A stretch of 64,000 nt of DNA, taken from the NCBI RefSeq assembly GCF_004010195.1, contig NC_057718.1, forward strand, positions 78,418,935 through 78,482,934. Reading direction: 5' to 3'. Below the pieces are notes generated by a model. The model saw nothing but the letters and a program-made list of their open reading frames with translations. It ran no database searches and was not told the DNA's origin. The translations under genes and the position numbers were made by a program. Shown here piece after piece: positions 11,699 to 24,095 of the stretch; position 1 is the stretch's first letter; the number at the start of each line of letters is the position of its first letter. Source of the DNA: Chiloscyllium plagiosum (lineage: Eukaryota).

Positions 11699-14647
11699 TT
11701 CTTTAAAGACAATCCATTGCCTACATACAGTCATGCCTTCTCATATAATGTTCCACTCAACCTCAGCAAATTTGTTCCATGTGCTTCAGAATGAACTAAC
11801 AATTGTAAAGCACTCCAGAAACTCATGCTTATCATCCAATATATGTGTAGTGTATGGAATTATCTTATGTTTGGGTTAAAAATCAATGGAACGTTAACAG
11901 AGCTTTTGATCCAGGTCATATATCTCATTGAATTCAACATTTGAATTTGCCAGAGGTTATAGTAAGGCAGGACAGGGAATGTATTGCTGGCATTCACTCT
12001 CATTGCCCCTCTAAAGTTCCTTAACTAGGGTGTGAGCCATGTATTACATTAGTACAGAAATCCTGGAGATGCTGTTTGTCATTTGGGGTTTTGGCATAAG
12101 TTACTCTGTGGTTCTGAGTAGAGAATCACTGAAAGTTAATAATTTCAATTTCCCCATCTCATTATGATTTCAAAGCTCTTTTAAAGTTAAAACTTGTGAC
12201 AAGGTTTTAAGCACCGATGTAATAAATTTCATGAACAACAAAACAGACCCTATTAGGGAGGAGAAATGGAGATACTGTTAAATATTTATAGAACTCTTTC
12301 AAATTCTGAATTTGAAACACGAAATAAGCAATTGTCTTCACACCCCAATGTGTCCCAATCTCAACTCTTTACATCAGCTGAATTAAAATGTTTGTTCTTG
12401 GGTGCTTTGTTTCCAATTTGGGGAGGGGTGAGGTCAATGAATACCCTTTTAGTTTTGTTAATTGAGCAGCACTCCAGCTCGCCACTGTGCCCAACAAAGA
12501 GCACTGCAGTCAATTGCAATATCAATCCTTTCTCGACACTGAGGTGAAACTTCATTGCACTGTTGCAAGCACCCTTGTATCATCGATCTTAAAAGGATGT
12601 CATATTCACAACTTTTAAAACTTAATTGGTGGAACATTCTTCCTTGACTTCTGTTAAAATCTTGGACTGTAAAACAAATCTGAGGACAATCTGTCTTGAT
12701 TTGTCGTTCCAAGACTGTCCCTCCTCCTTGAAAGGACAAAAAGAAGCATTCCAGATTAAGAGGTGTCACTACTCATCTGATAACATTCAAAGATGTTCTG
12801 ACAGGAATAGGCCTTTCTGAAACAAAGGTAGGGATCACCTGAAAAACAGTTACGTCACAAGGTCTCAGTCTGTTCCTTTCAGAATCCACCAATACTAGCC
12901 TCTGAGTAACAGTTTAGATTGCAAGTAACTACCTTTTGTGATGTGCAAGAAGTCCATCTCTTGAAGACAATCCTGCAACAGTTTATTTTATGAGCTTAGC
13001 TATTGAATCCCTTGAATGAGACACTATGGAAGGTGAAAAAGCTTTCATCAGCCTTAGTGCTTTTCCTCCAAGACAAGCCAGTCATGTGAATTATGAATCA
13101 TTCTTAGTCAGTCATCCAGCACTGAACCAGACTCTTCAGTCCAACTTGTCCATGCTGACCAAAGTTTCCAAATTAAACCAGTCCCATTTGGTCCATATTC
13201 CTCTCAATCTTTCCTGTTCATATACCTGTCCAATCTCTTTTGAATGTTGTAACTGTACCTGCATCTTGTCTAAATTTTCTCCTTCACTGGGCCTTCCTTG
13301 CCTGTGTTTGTATATCTGGGTGCATGATTGATTTAACATTAGATTTTTGGATGACTCTGCAAGATGGCGGCGATTCTGTAGAACTGCTGTGGACAGCTCT
13401 GCCTAACAGCCAAGGCATACTGGTGTTTTTCGCCACCCCTGGCAAACTTGTGGTGGAAATCTTAGATTAAAACTTTACGGAACATATTTGTTAATATTTG
13501 GGAGTGAGAAGGATGCCAAAGGGAAAAGGAGCAAGCAAACAGCAGCAGGGAGGATACTCCCCTGCAGCACCTACAATACCAGAGACTGCAGCAGCCTCTC
13601 CTGAACCCCCCGTGGGGACCTGACAGACACTCAGGAATTGGCTGTGGCAGCGATGGAGAGACTTGCCTTGAAAGTTGGGGCTGCAATCGAGGAGATCCGT
13701 GGGGTGATTCGTGCCAAGGTCCAACCTATCACATCCATGCTTCAGAAGCACGAGTAGGAGATCCAGGGCCTCTGGGAGAGGCTGGTGGAGGTGAAGGAAC
13801 TAAAGCCTCAGAAGCTGGATGGGGGTCCTCATCCAGTCTGAACCAGGTGCTGGAGCGAGAGGTGCGGGCCTTCTGAAACCATATCAACGACTTCAAATTG
13901 AGGTCTGAGGATAAATCTCTGAATTGTCGGGCTCCCAGAAGGTGAGCAGCCCGCTGGCTGCCGAAGCTTTTGGGCCTTCACATAGAGTCCAGCAGGCTAC
14001 AGATTGAAAGGGCGTATCGGGTTAGTGCACAGGTCAGGGCCAGTCCAGTATCCCCACCCGGTCCTAGTGCACTTTCACTCATAAGGACAAGCAAAAAGTC
14101 ATAAACTTCCAGATCCCTGGGAAAAGATCCACAGGCGCTGTACAAAGGGTCAAAAATCATGTTTTTCCAGGATTTTTCAGCAGTTGTAATCTGAAAGAGG
14201 AAGTCCTTCGATGAAGTTAAAAAGAGGCTGAGGAACCTGGTCATCCAGTACTCCATGCGATACCCTGCAGTACTTCGTTTCAGCCACAAGGACTCAGTTT
14301 ATACATTTGACTCGGCGAATAAGGCTTAAAAACTTTGTGGGCACTTTAAAATAGACGGATTGGCCTGAAGAATATGGTTAATGTTTGTTCTCTTTTCTAT
14401 TTTTCCCCATGTTTTCCCTTTTTTATAATTCGTTCCTTTCTCCCTAATAATTTCCTTTTTTGGAAAGGGGGAAAAGACTTTGGAATAAGTTCCTATTTTT
14501 TTTAATAAGTGGATTTTCTGATGGGAAATTTTGTATATGTTCTTTGTTGTGTGTCTCCCTTTTTTTGGGTAGGGTAGTGCCCCCTAAGGGCAGGGGGAAG
14601 AGTCTTCTATTCAAGGTTCTGTAGTTGGTTTCCTTTGTAGTTTTTTG

Positions 14648-14783
14648 GTAGTAATTGTTTTATAGTTAGAGTAGTTTTTGTATATATAGTTTTTCGATTC
14701 TGAGTCTTTATTTACTGTAGTAATTGTTTTATAGTTAGAGTAGTTTTTGTATATATAGTTTTTCGATTGAGTCTTTATTTACT
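14648..14783 (+). repeat. Tandem duplication (69 + 67 bp) in the L1 inter-ORF spacer
   Basis: GTAGTAATTGTTTTATAGTTAGAGTAG...GTCTTTATTTACT occurs twice with a 2-bp indel. Confidence 0.9.
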
Positions 14784-16016
14784 TATGCTTGGTGCTTTGT
14801 AAGCAGGGTTCTCCCTCCAAGGGGTTCAAGGGTGTCTGAAAGGGATATGGCTAAGTGTCTTATTAAATGGTGCACCTAGAACATTAAGCGAAGTCATTCA
14901 CCTATTAAAAGGAAAAAGTGCTTTCTAGCCTTAAGAGGGAAAGGATTGATATCACTTTGTTGTAGGGAACCCATCTTGATAATGGGGAACACCTGAAATT
15001 ACAATAGGGGGGTTATGACCAGGTATTCTTTACATCCTTTCCTACTAAAAGTAGGGGGGTGGCAGTAGTTATCCAGAAAAATCTTCCATTCACATTATTA
15101 GAGCAGGTGAAAGATGAGCAGGGCCGGTTTGTGATACTTAAAGCCCTGCTGCATGGGGAGGAATATGGCATTTTAAACGTCTACTGTCCTCCGGCGCATC
15201 CCCTCAATTTTTTGATTAATGCTTTCTCTAAGTTGAGTGCTTTTGGAACACGGCACATTATTATGGGGGGGGGGATTTTAATTGTCTCTTGGATCCGACA
15301 GTGGACCTTGTGGGCCTCCAACTATTTCTTCGCAGGCCAAGCAGGTGGTTGACCTACGCGAGGAGTTGGGGCTGGTGGATATTTGGAGATGTCTTCACCC
15401 TACCAGCAGGGACTTCACCTTTATTTTTCAAACCTACGTAAATGTCACACAAGGATTGACCTCTTTCTGGCTCCCTTGGCCCTTCTGGATTCGATTGAGT
15501 TGTAAAATTGGGAATATAGCTATCTCTGATCATGCAGCAGTATACTTGAGGTTAAGGCCAAGAGTAAAGGGCTAGGCTTGTGGCATTGGCATTTGGACCC
15601 TTTTCTCCTTAAGAATTACAAATTTGTGCAATACTTTTTGAAGGAGTTTCAGGAATTCTTGACTATTAACTCAGGCACAGCTAGAAGTCCATCCGTGCTA
15701 TGGGAGACTGCTAAGGCCTTTGCTAGGTGATTAGCTATTTCCTATTTGGCTAGCCGGAAACGACAGGAGGAACAGCAGCATCTACTTGAGACGCGATTGA
15801 AAGCCGCAGAGGCAGCACATTTTGCGCAGCCTTCGGTGACTAAGCTACAGTGGATCGCGGCCCTTCGGCTGCCTTGAATTCAATACTGACACTAAACGCA
15901 AAGAAAGAACTTGCTTTTGCTAGGCAGAGGCTGTTCGAATATGGCGATAGGCCAGGAAAGTATTTACCATACGTGACTAGGAAAAAGCGTGCTCCCCAAT
16001 CCATTACTGCAATCAG

Positions 16017-16198
16017 GCAGCATCCAAGGAGCTTCGAAATCGACGTTTCGGGCAAGAGCCCTTCATCAGGAATAACGATGAAGGGCTTTTGCCCGAAACG
16101 TCGATTTCGAAGCTCCTTGGATGCTGCCTGAACTGCTGTGATCTTCCAGCACCACGAATCCAGAATCTGGTTTCCAGCATCTGCAGTCATTGTTTTTA
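16017..16198. mobile_element. Family-A short palindromic PLE-like element nested in L1 ORF2, with hammerhead-like core
   Basis: Perfect 16-bp TSD CCATTACTGCAATCAG (16001-16016 and 16199-16214). 54-bp inverted arms at 16014-16067 and 16077-16130. Minus strand 16042-16069 reads CTGATGAAGGGCTCTTGCCCGAAACGTC. Confidence 0.85.
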
Positions 16199-17244
16199 CC
16201 ATTACTGCAATCAGACAGGGTCCTTACATATGATGCTAAAAAGATTAATGAGGCTTTTCGGAGCTTTTACTCTGAATTGTATCGGTCTGAAGGTTGCGAA
16301 GACAGGAGTGCTAAAATGGAGAATTTTTTTAAGAACCTGGACCTCCCAGGGGTAACCTTGGAACAGGCCTGTCTTCTTAATGCCCCCTTGATAGTTCAGG
16401 AAATACAGGAGGCAGCTAAGCAACTTCAGAGTGGGAAAGCGCTTGGCCCTGATGGTCTTCCAGGTGAGTTTTACAAGGAGTTTATAGGGATTCTGTCAGG
16501 GCCGATGTTGGAGATGTACAATCACTCCTATATGCATGAACACCTGCCACCATCTTCGAGAGAAGCTAATATTTCCTTAATTCTTAAGAAGGGGAAGGTT
16601 CCTGAGGATTGTGCCTCATACAGGCCCATCTCTGTAGTAAATTCAGACTTCAAGATTCTATCCAAGATCCTGGCGCTGAGATTGGAAAGGGTGTTGCCCC
16701 ATATTATTAGAGAGGACCAGACAGGTTTTATAAGGGGCCGTAGGTCCTCTAATAATATTAAAAGGTTGCTGAATGTGGTCCAAGTTTGTCAGCAGCGATC
16801 GATTCAGGGGTTGGTGATTTCCTTAGATGCAGCGAAAGCATTTGACCAGGTGGAATTGACGTATCTTTTTTGTGTCTTAGAACTGTTTGGGTTGGGTGGA
16901 GTCTTTGCTAGGTGGGTGGAGGTTTTATATTGCCACCAACTGGGTGAAGTCTGGGAATTTTATGATTGGTAGGGGTAGTCGGCAAGGCTGCCCCTCTCAC
17001 TGTTGTTGTTTACATTGGTGATAGAGCCACTGGCAGAGGCTATTTGTCAGAATGTCCACATAAACATTCCGGAAGTGGGATCAAGAGCACACAAGGTTAC
17101 ATTGTACGCAGATAATATCCTTCTGTTTTTATCGAACCTGATCACCTCCGTACCCAGTTTGATACAATGTATCAATTCATTTGGGTCTATTTCAGGATAT
17201 AAGATTAACTGCAAAATCAGAGGCTATGCCTTTGGGGAACCTTA

Positions 17245-17420
17245 AGGATGTGCCAGAAGTTGAAGGTGGCTCTAAGTTCCCTTTTAAGTGGTCACGGGCA
17301 GAGTTCCGATACCTAGGCATTTTTATTACCCCAGGATGTGCCAGAAGTTGAAGGTGGCTCTAAGTTCCCTTTTAAATGGTCACGGGCAGAGTTCCGATAC
17401 CTAGGCATTTTTATTACCCC
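17245..17420 (+). repeat. 88-bp tandem duplication in the L1 RT
   Basis: AGGATGTGCCAGAAGTTG...TTTATTACCCC occurs twice with one substitution and shifts the frame. Confidence 0.92.
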
Positions 17421-19270
17421 CAAGTTTGATCTGTTATTTCGGACTAACTTTGCTCATTGCTCGACAATATTAGGCGAGATCTCCAGAGATGGAAGGCTCT
17501 TCCAATTTCATGGCTGGGCCAAATATATCTCCTTAAGATGAATGTTCTTCCTCGTTTGCTTTATCCCATGTGTATGCTCCCTATAATGTTTCCCAGGTCA
17601 ACGCTGCGGTAGCTTATCGGGTGGTTTGGTTCCTTTGTTCCATCGTGGGTGGTCCCTCATCAAACTTACTAAATTGCAGTTGCCTTGAGGAGGGGGAGGA
17701 GTTGATTTCCCAGACATCAGAAGGTATCAATTGAGTTCCCTGCTGTCCTTTGTCTGTGATTGGGTAGGTAACGATCCAGACTCAATATGGCTGGATATTG
17801 AGGCCTCCCAAGCAAAGTGCCCTCTTATTAACCTGTTGTTCATGGATAAGATGAGGACAGTTACGGACCACTGCCGGAACCCCATTGACATTAGTACAGT
17901 CAAGGCATGGAGGGCGATGCGTCATAGTGAGGGTTGTTTATCCAAGACTTCACCACTTACACCTATAGTTAGCATGCCAGGGTTCTGACCAGGGATGATG
18001 GACTCAGGGTTCAAACTATGGACAGGGAGAGGAGTTTCTAGTTTGGGAGACTTGTTTGAAGGGGAAGTTATGATGTCTTTTGAGCAACGGGCCGCAAATA
18101 CAGGTTGCCCTGCAGAGACCTTTACCGTTTTTTTCAGGTTAGGGATTTCATCCAGAAGAAGACTATGCTTCTCACTACGCCCTATAAGCCCGATACAGAG
18201 AGGTGGTTGCTACGTTCCACAAACACCTTTCGGTTAGTGCCCTTTATCGCCTGCTGGGTGGCAGGGCCTGGCAGGATATTAACCGGTTATGAGAGGTCTG
18301 GGAGCAAGAGCTGGGAATGGAGATATCGTCTGAAACCTGGGAGAATACTCCAAAGATCTCAATCTGTAACAGGACATGTACTATGCAGTTAAAAGTTCTG
18401 CACAGGGCTCATCTGGCACCAGACCGTCTGGCGAAGTTTAAAACCGGGGAATCTTCAGTATGCCCCAAATGTAAAATAAGTGTAGGTACTCTTACCCATT
18501 GCTTCTGGACATGCCACAGGCTCCGTGTTTATTGGAGCGCTGTGGCGGGAGAGATAGGGAGGGTATTGAGGACTGAAGTCAAAGTATACCCAATATCTCT
18601 CCTCTTTGGTCTACTGAATTTACCATCTTTAGACAGGCATGGGAAGAAACTATTTAATATTCTTGCATACTGTGCAAGGATACTTCTGTTTAAATCCACA
18701 AAAATCTTTGTTTTTTTATTTGTCCGTGCCTTAGAAGGTTAAGAAATAAGCTGCTCTTTTTTGAAAGCGTATTGATCATGGAAAATAGATTGAACATGGA
18801 TTTCGTTAGTTCTGTCGCCTTGTCCGTAATGTGCTTCATTGGGCCTGATATTACAAGCAGTGTGTTGAAGAGGATGGTGACATAATGTACCTTCATCTTG
18901 GTGCATCTGACATTTGCTTCAATAACTAATTTTCAATTCTTCCTGCAACAACTTTGTGGTTTAAAAATCCTGATGGGTATCATGTTTTTATTTAAGTGTT
19001 GATGGTGTACTTCCCCTTGGCAAATATCTCAATCATAAAAGCTCTTAATTATACCTAAATCAAATGTTTCTTTTCTTTTCATCTCATCTCTCTTCTCCCC
19101 CAGCGCCCCCCCGAAATGTTCTTCAACTTCAATCCTCATGTTAGCATTTTCCCTATGTTTTTGTAACATGATTAACAACAGTATTTCCAACACAGGTGAC
19201 CACCTATAATATGGAGGCCTTTATTGATCTGGTGATGTAGCTTTTCATTTCTATTCGCTTTTGTTTCCAG

Positions 19271-19457
19271 ATGATGACCTGGATATAGTTTTCTCTTCTA
19301 ACTCGGTGTGTGGCCGCGACAAATCCAAGAATGTCTCATCCACTATAATACTTCACTGTAGTGAATTGACAGGGGAAGGGAACCCAGACTTCCTTCATGA
19401 AACTTCAGACTGCCAGTATCTGTTTACCTGGTACACATCAACAGTCTGTGCACTAAC
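19271..19457 (+). CDS. IGF2R: IGF2R exon, repeat 15 C-terminal half
   Basis: Acceptor tttccAG. Reads [61 protein letters not shown], versus human DGDLDVVFASSSKCGKDK...HETADCQYLFSWYTSAVC. Donor GTGAGT at 19458. Confidence 0.96.
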
Positions 19458-19621
19458 GTGAGTTTCTCCAGAAAGACTGACTTGATTTTTTTTTCAGTTT
19501 TCCTGCTTCTACATTTTCGTAATTACTAAATTTTTATTGTACTGGACTAAGAACCATCTTTAAAAATCTATGGAAGCTTTCAAAGCTTTTAAACTTAATC
19601 TCACTCAACATGTATTTGTTT

Positions 19622-19846
19622 GGTCATCATGGTTTGGTATTGCTAGTGTTGGATTGGGGTGGACAAAGTTAAAAATCACAAAACACCAGGTTATAATCCA
19701 ACAGGTTTATCTGGAAGCACTAACTTACGGAGCGCTGCTCCTTCAGGTGGTTGTGGAATAAAATATACTGATGGAGCGGTGCTCCGAAAGCTAGTGCTTC
19801 CAGATAAACCTGTTGGACTCTAACCTGGTGTTGTGATTTTTAACTG
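19622..19846. mobile_element. Family-B palindromic element
   Basis: Same AAGTTAAAAATCACA...GGAAGCACTA...GCTCC arms in inverted orientation. TGTATTTGTTT is duplicated at 19611-19621 and 19847-19857. Confidence 0.8.
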
Positions 19847-20464
19847 TGTATTTGTTTAAGTATTTTTGCAAATAATATGCATTTATTTCCCAAGATTATA
19901 TTAAAGTTTTCTCCTTCAAGAGTGTACTTCATTTTGGATATTGAAATGTGTTTTGTATTACATCAAACATTATAAATGGGAATAGAGAATGGAAATGCAT
20001 TCTGACTGACTTATATGTAAGGTGTGAAAATGAAAGGCATTAACAAATTAATGTGTGCAGTTGGCCATATGGCAGAGGTTTGCAGCTTGCAAAAAGAGAT
20101 TTTGCTTGTAAAATAAAATCTCCAAATTTAATTACTCAAAAAATACAAATTTGACCCTTCATTTTTAGATGAACTATAGTAGAAGTCTTGCACAAATAAT
20201 AAAGTACATAAGTAGAGTGTATAGTTGGAGACCAGGAGGTCCTATTTCATGCTTTAACCCGAAGGAAAGCTAAATCTGTGTAACTGAAAGCTTGATAGCC
20301 ATATGATAAAAAAGGTTGAACCAAAAATGGTAATGTAAGACTAAGCAACAAAACAATGCCCCCAGGATACAAAGTATGAGACCTTTGCTTTCCAGAGGAA
20401 ATTATCAATTTGTTTGCTTAACATCCTCACACTGACAAACTAATTGTGCTTGTGTATAGTACAT

Positions 20465-20880
20465 TCACTTTTAGTCGGAAGGCTGTGGGTTCAAGTTATA
20501 CTCCATGTATATCTAGGCAGGCATTCCAGTGCAGTGCTAAGTGTCTTATTGTTGGAAGTGCCACCATTTCAGATGAGATTAATCAAAGGCATGCCTGAAA
20601 TGCACTTGATCGCCTACCACTATTTAATTATAGGCAGGACAGTTCTCCCGTGGAACCTGACCAGTAATTCTTCCAAACCTTAGCATCACCCTCCCAAAAA
20701 CTGACATCACAAGAGGATTATCTGGCCAGTTTCACGTTTCTATTTATGGGAGGTTTCTGTATACAATTTGGTGCTACGTTTCCTATGTTTTAACAGTGAG
20801 TAGCTTTGAACAGTACTTTGAATATAAACTGTTTCAGGCATTTTAAAGTATAGAAGGTGCTACACAAATGCAAGTTTCTG
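20465..20880 (+). mobile_element. DeuSINE (SacSINE1/AmnSINE-like) relic; probable further relics at about 985-1095 (+), 12610-12890 (-) and 40920-41150 (-)
   Basis: B-box-like GTGGGTTCAAGT, then TCCAGTGCAGTGCT...TTGGAAGTGCCACCATTTCAGATGAGA resembling the Deu domain, and tail AGGTGCTACACAAATGCAAGT. Recognised from memory of the consensus. Confidence 0.55.
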
Positions 20881-21088
20881 ATGTACTTCACTTTTTAAAA
20901 AAAAGTATAAGGCAAAGTGCATGAATTGATAGGATTGGCCTTGTAGTTTGCTGGAATTAGTTTTTAACAGGATTCTATACTGTAGATATGCAGAAAAAAT
21001 GTAGATGAGGAACTTTTGCAGTCAGTTGAAAAGTCTTGTAAGTTGAATAAGTGCAGACTGTCTAATTTATTTTTCCCGTTTGCTGCAG

Positions 21089-21247
21089 ATCTGTCAATCC
21101 TGCGATTCCAGATGATAAGTCACAGAATGGAGATAATATCAAGGGTTTGTCCAGAAGAAGCAAAGCTGTGGGAGCAGTGCTCAGTGTGTTGTTGGTGGTA
21201 CTGACTGCCTGCCTCCTCATCTTATTATTTTATAAGCAGGAAAGAAG
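21089..21247 (+). CDS. IGF2R: IGF2R transmembrane exon
   Basis: Acceptor tgctgcAG. Reads [53 protein letters not shown], versus human [35 protein letters not shown]. Donor GTATGA at 21248. This frame is not in the ORF track. Confidence 0.95.
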
Positions 21248-21509
21248 GTATGAATAAAATGAATTTCATTTTAATTAGAGTACTGCACTCCCTCTTCGAC
21301 TTGTCAGGCTCATTTTAAAAGCTATAAGTAGATTGAAGGGGGAGTAAACTACGGTAGTCCTCTTTTTGTATTCACCTAAGTACTTCAGTGTCCACTCTGT
21401 CATGATATTAATTACCCAAGAAAAGAAGGGGGAGGGGAGAAATGACCTATTTCAGGAAGATTGGAAAGCTTTTCAATCAAGTTACAAAGTTTAGCTTGAG
21501 GGTAGAAAT

Positions 21510-22783
21510 TTAGCTTGTGGTGAAGAGTTGCTTTTCAGACTGGAGGCCTGTGACCATTAGTGTGCTGCAAGGATCAGTACTGGGTCCACTGTTTTTGATC
21601 ACTTGTATAAATAGTTTGGAAGTGAACATACGAGGTATGTTAGTAAATATGCAGATGATGCCAAAATTGGTGGTGTAGTGGAAAGCGAAGAAGGTTACTT
21701 CAGACTACAACAGGACCTCGTTCATATAAGCTGACGGGCTAAAGAGTGGCAAATGGAGTTTAATTTAGATAACTGTGAGGTATTGCATTTTGGTGGAGGC
21801 AAATCAGGGCAGGACTTGTACACTTTGGGATCTGGAGTGTGTTGCTGAACAAAGACCTTGGAGTGCAGGTTCATAGTTCTTTGAAAGTGGACAGGGTAGT
21901 GAAGATGGTGTTTGGTATGCTTGCCTTTATTGGTCAGTGCTGGATTAGAGTGGCGCTGGAAAAGCACAGCGGGTCAGGCAGCATCCAAGGTGCAGGAAAA
22001 TCCATGTTTCGGGCAAAAGCTCTTCATCAGGAATAGAGGGCTGATCTATTCCTGATGAAGGGCTTTTGCCCGAAACATCGATTTTCCTACTCCTTGGATG
22101 CTGCCTGACCTGCTGTGCTTTTCCAGCACCACTCTCTAATCCAGACTCTGGTTTCCAGCATCTGCAGTCCTAGTTTTTACCCTTTTTGAGTCAGTGCATT
22201 GAGTATAGGAATTGGGAGGCCCTGTTGTGGCTGTACTACATTTGGTATACTCTGTTCAATTCTGTTCTTCCTGCTAATAGGATAGGTGTTGTGAAACTTG
22301 AAAGGGTTTAGAAAAGATTTACAAGGATGTTGCCAGCGTTGGAGGGTTTGAGCTATAGGGAGAGGCTGAATAGGCTGTGGCTATTTTTCCTGGAGCGTCA
22401 GAAGCTGAGGGGCAACCTTAAAGGCTTAAAATCAAGATGAACCTGGATAGGTCAACTAGTCAAGGTCACTTTTCCTCAGGCTAGGCAAGTCTAAAATTAT
22501 AGGACATGGGTCCCTTCAAAATGTTTCCCCCCTCAGCTTAAACCTAAGGGGCAACCTTTTCGCACACAGGAAGTGCATTATGGAATGAGCTGCCAGAGGA
22601 AGTGGTGGAGGCTGGTATAATTACAGCATTTAAACGGTGTCCGAATGGGTATGTGAATAGGAAGGGTTTTGAGGAATATGGGCCAAATGCTGGCAGATGC
22701 GATTATATTAATTTAGGATATCTGGTCAGCCTGGACGAGTTGAACCAAAGGATTTGTTTGTGTTGTAAAACCGTATGACTCTA
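21510..22783 (+). mobile_element. CR1 LINE 3' fragment interrupted by a family-A element
   Basis: Decayed QGSVLGPLF, KYADDAKIG and KDLGVQVH motifs. 3' UTR ends TATGACTCT. Confidence 0.88.
21941..22180. mobile_element. Family-A palindromic element nested in CR1
   Basis: Inverted arms of about 90 bp around about 22035-22045. CTGATGAAGGGCTTTTGCCCGAAACATC at 22052. Flanked by GTCAGTGC on both sides (imperfect TSD up to about 17 bp). The host CR1 resumes after it. Confidence 0.85.
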
Positions 22784-23511
22784 AATTGTAGGTGACTGAT
22801 TATCCATGATTCAAAATTAGATTTTATCAAACCCTCAACCCATCACCCTTTTGTAATAATGCTGCAAGTCTCCCTCGCTCAACATGTGTCTGGCAAAAAT
22901 GTTTCAACAAATGTCTGTGTGTCAACTACAATGGTGCGAAAACAGCAGAAGAAATACTTTGTGGCATCCAGCTTGATTCTTAGCCCTTTGCATCAGCAGT
23001 CAAAATAAGATCCTAGGTCTGTATAGTGTCTGTTGGAGGGGACTTTGATATGATTTGTCTAAAGATGTTTTTTTTGAATTTTAGGGTATTTTTATTGTCA
23101 TTACTCATCAGTGATAGAGTCCTCTATTAATATTGCCTTCTGTTGACTGGTTTAAAAATATTCTCCTTCATAGTTTTTCCCCCTCTTCCCCATCCCACTC
23201 TGGAAGCTGCTATCTCCCCAGTGTTGCCCTACTGCTGTTGTGCTGCCCTACTCCCCACTCCAGCCTCTTTCTGGCAGCCGTTGCCTCCATACCATTCCCT
23301 TGCAGTTTCTTTAATCTGTCCCAAGTAAAAGGCTTGCCAAATACTTGCCAGCTCACTTTTTTCCCCCTACACAACCCTTGGTGCTCCTCCAGTCCCCTGT
23401 TTGTGAAATGAAACAAGTATTTCACATGGAGTCCTGAATAACCAAAATGCAGTCCTTTGTTTTTAATCTTATTGCCCAATTGATGCTTATTAGAAAAACA
23501 TTAGAAAGGGG

Positions 23512-23700
23512 GTTAGTTAGCTGGAAAACTGATTTGCAAGGCAGAGTCAATTCCAGTGCAGGCTGAGGTTACCGCCACAAAGGTTCTGCCTTCTCAACCT
23601 CTCCCCTTGCTTGAGGCATGGTGACCCTCAGGTTAAACAGCTGCCAGTTGTCCTGCCTCTGAGGGCAATCCACTGGTCTGGTAGAATTATGGCGACTTTT
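23512..23700 (+). mobile_element. Probable tRNA-derived SINE relic (family not assigned)
   Basis: GTCAATTCC B-box-like motif followed by GGCTGAGGTTACC...GTGACCCTCAGGTTAAAC...TATGGCGACTTTT. Confidence 0.35.
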
Positions 23701-24095
23701 ATTGAAAAGCACTTGCTTCCTCTAACTGTCTTGTACTGTCTAGTTAATGTTAATGACTGACCTTTGACTAAATTAATAATCAATTCCTGGTCTAGTGATG
23801 CTCTCAATTAAATTTCTTCTTTGTCTTGCCCCTCCTGCCTCTATTCTTTGTTTTTGCAAACCTGTCTGTCCTATTTCTGGACTTTTGCACATCCCTAATT
23901 TTCATGACACTGTCATTGTCAGCCATGCCTTCTGTTACCGAAACCTGAGCTGGGTAATTTCTTCCCTTTACCTCTCCATCACTTAAGGTGATCCTTAAAA
24001 CCTAACTCTTTGACTATGCCCTTTGTCACTTAGCAAGAGATCTCCGGATATGCATGATGTCAAATTTTATTTGTTAATGCTGCCATGAGACAACA

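Larger units (their letters stand above)
13349..18680 (+). mobile_element. Near full-length, decayed L1-clade LINE in the long IGF2R intron
   Basis: ORF1 relic about 13513-14330 (IVGLPEG, IERAYR, KIMFFQDFS, YSMRYPAVLRF) and a T-rich spacer. ORF2 relic from about 14847: APE motifs (RGVAV, DEQGRFVIL, LNVYCP, GDFN, SDHAAV), RT motifs (GPDGLPGEFY, YRPIS, DQTGF, SLDAAKAFD, RQGCPLS, LYADN, YLGI) and a C-terminal CPKC...HCFWTC knuckle. Many stops and frameshifts. No polyA tail seen. Confidence 0.9.

Noticed and set aside
16190..16972. 260-aa reverse-transcriptase ORF as a functional or domesticated gene
   Set aside because: It is a fragment of a multiply disrupted L1 ORF2, and its start lies at the edge of the nested insertion.
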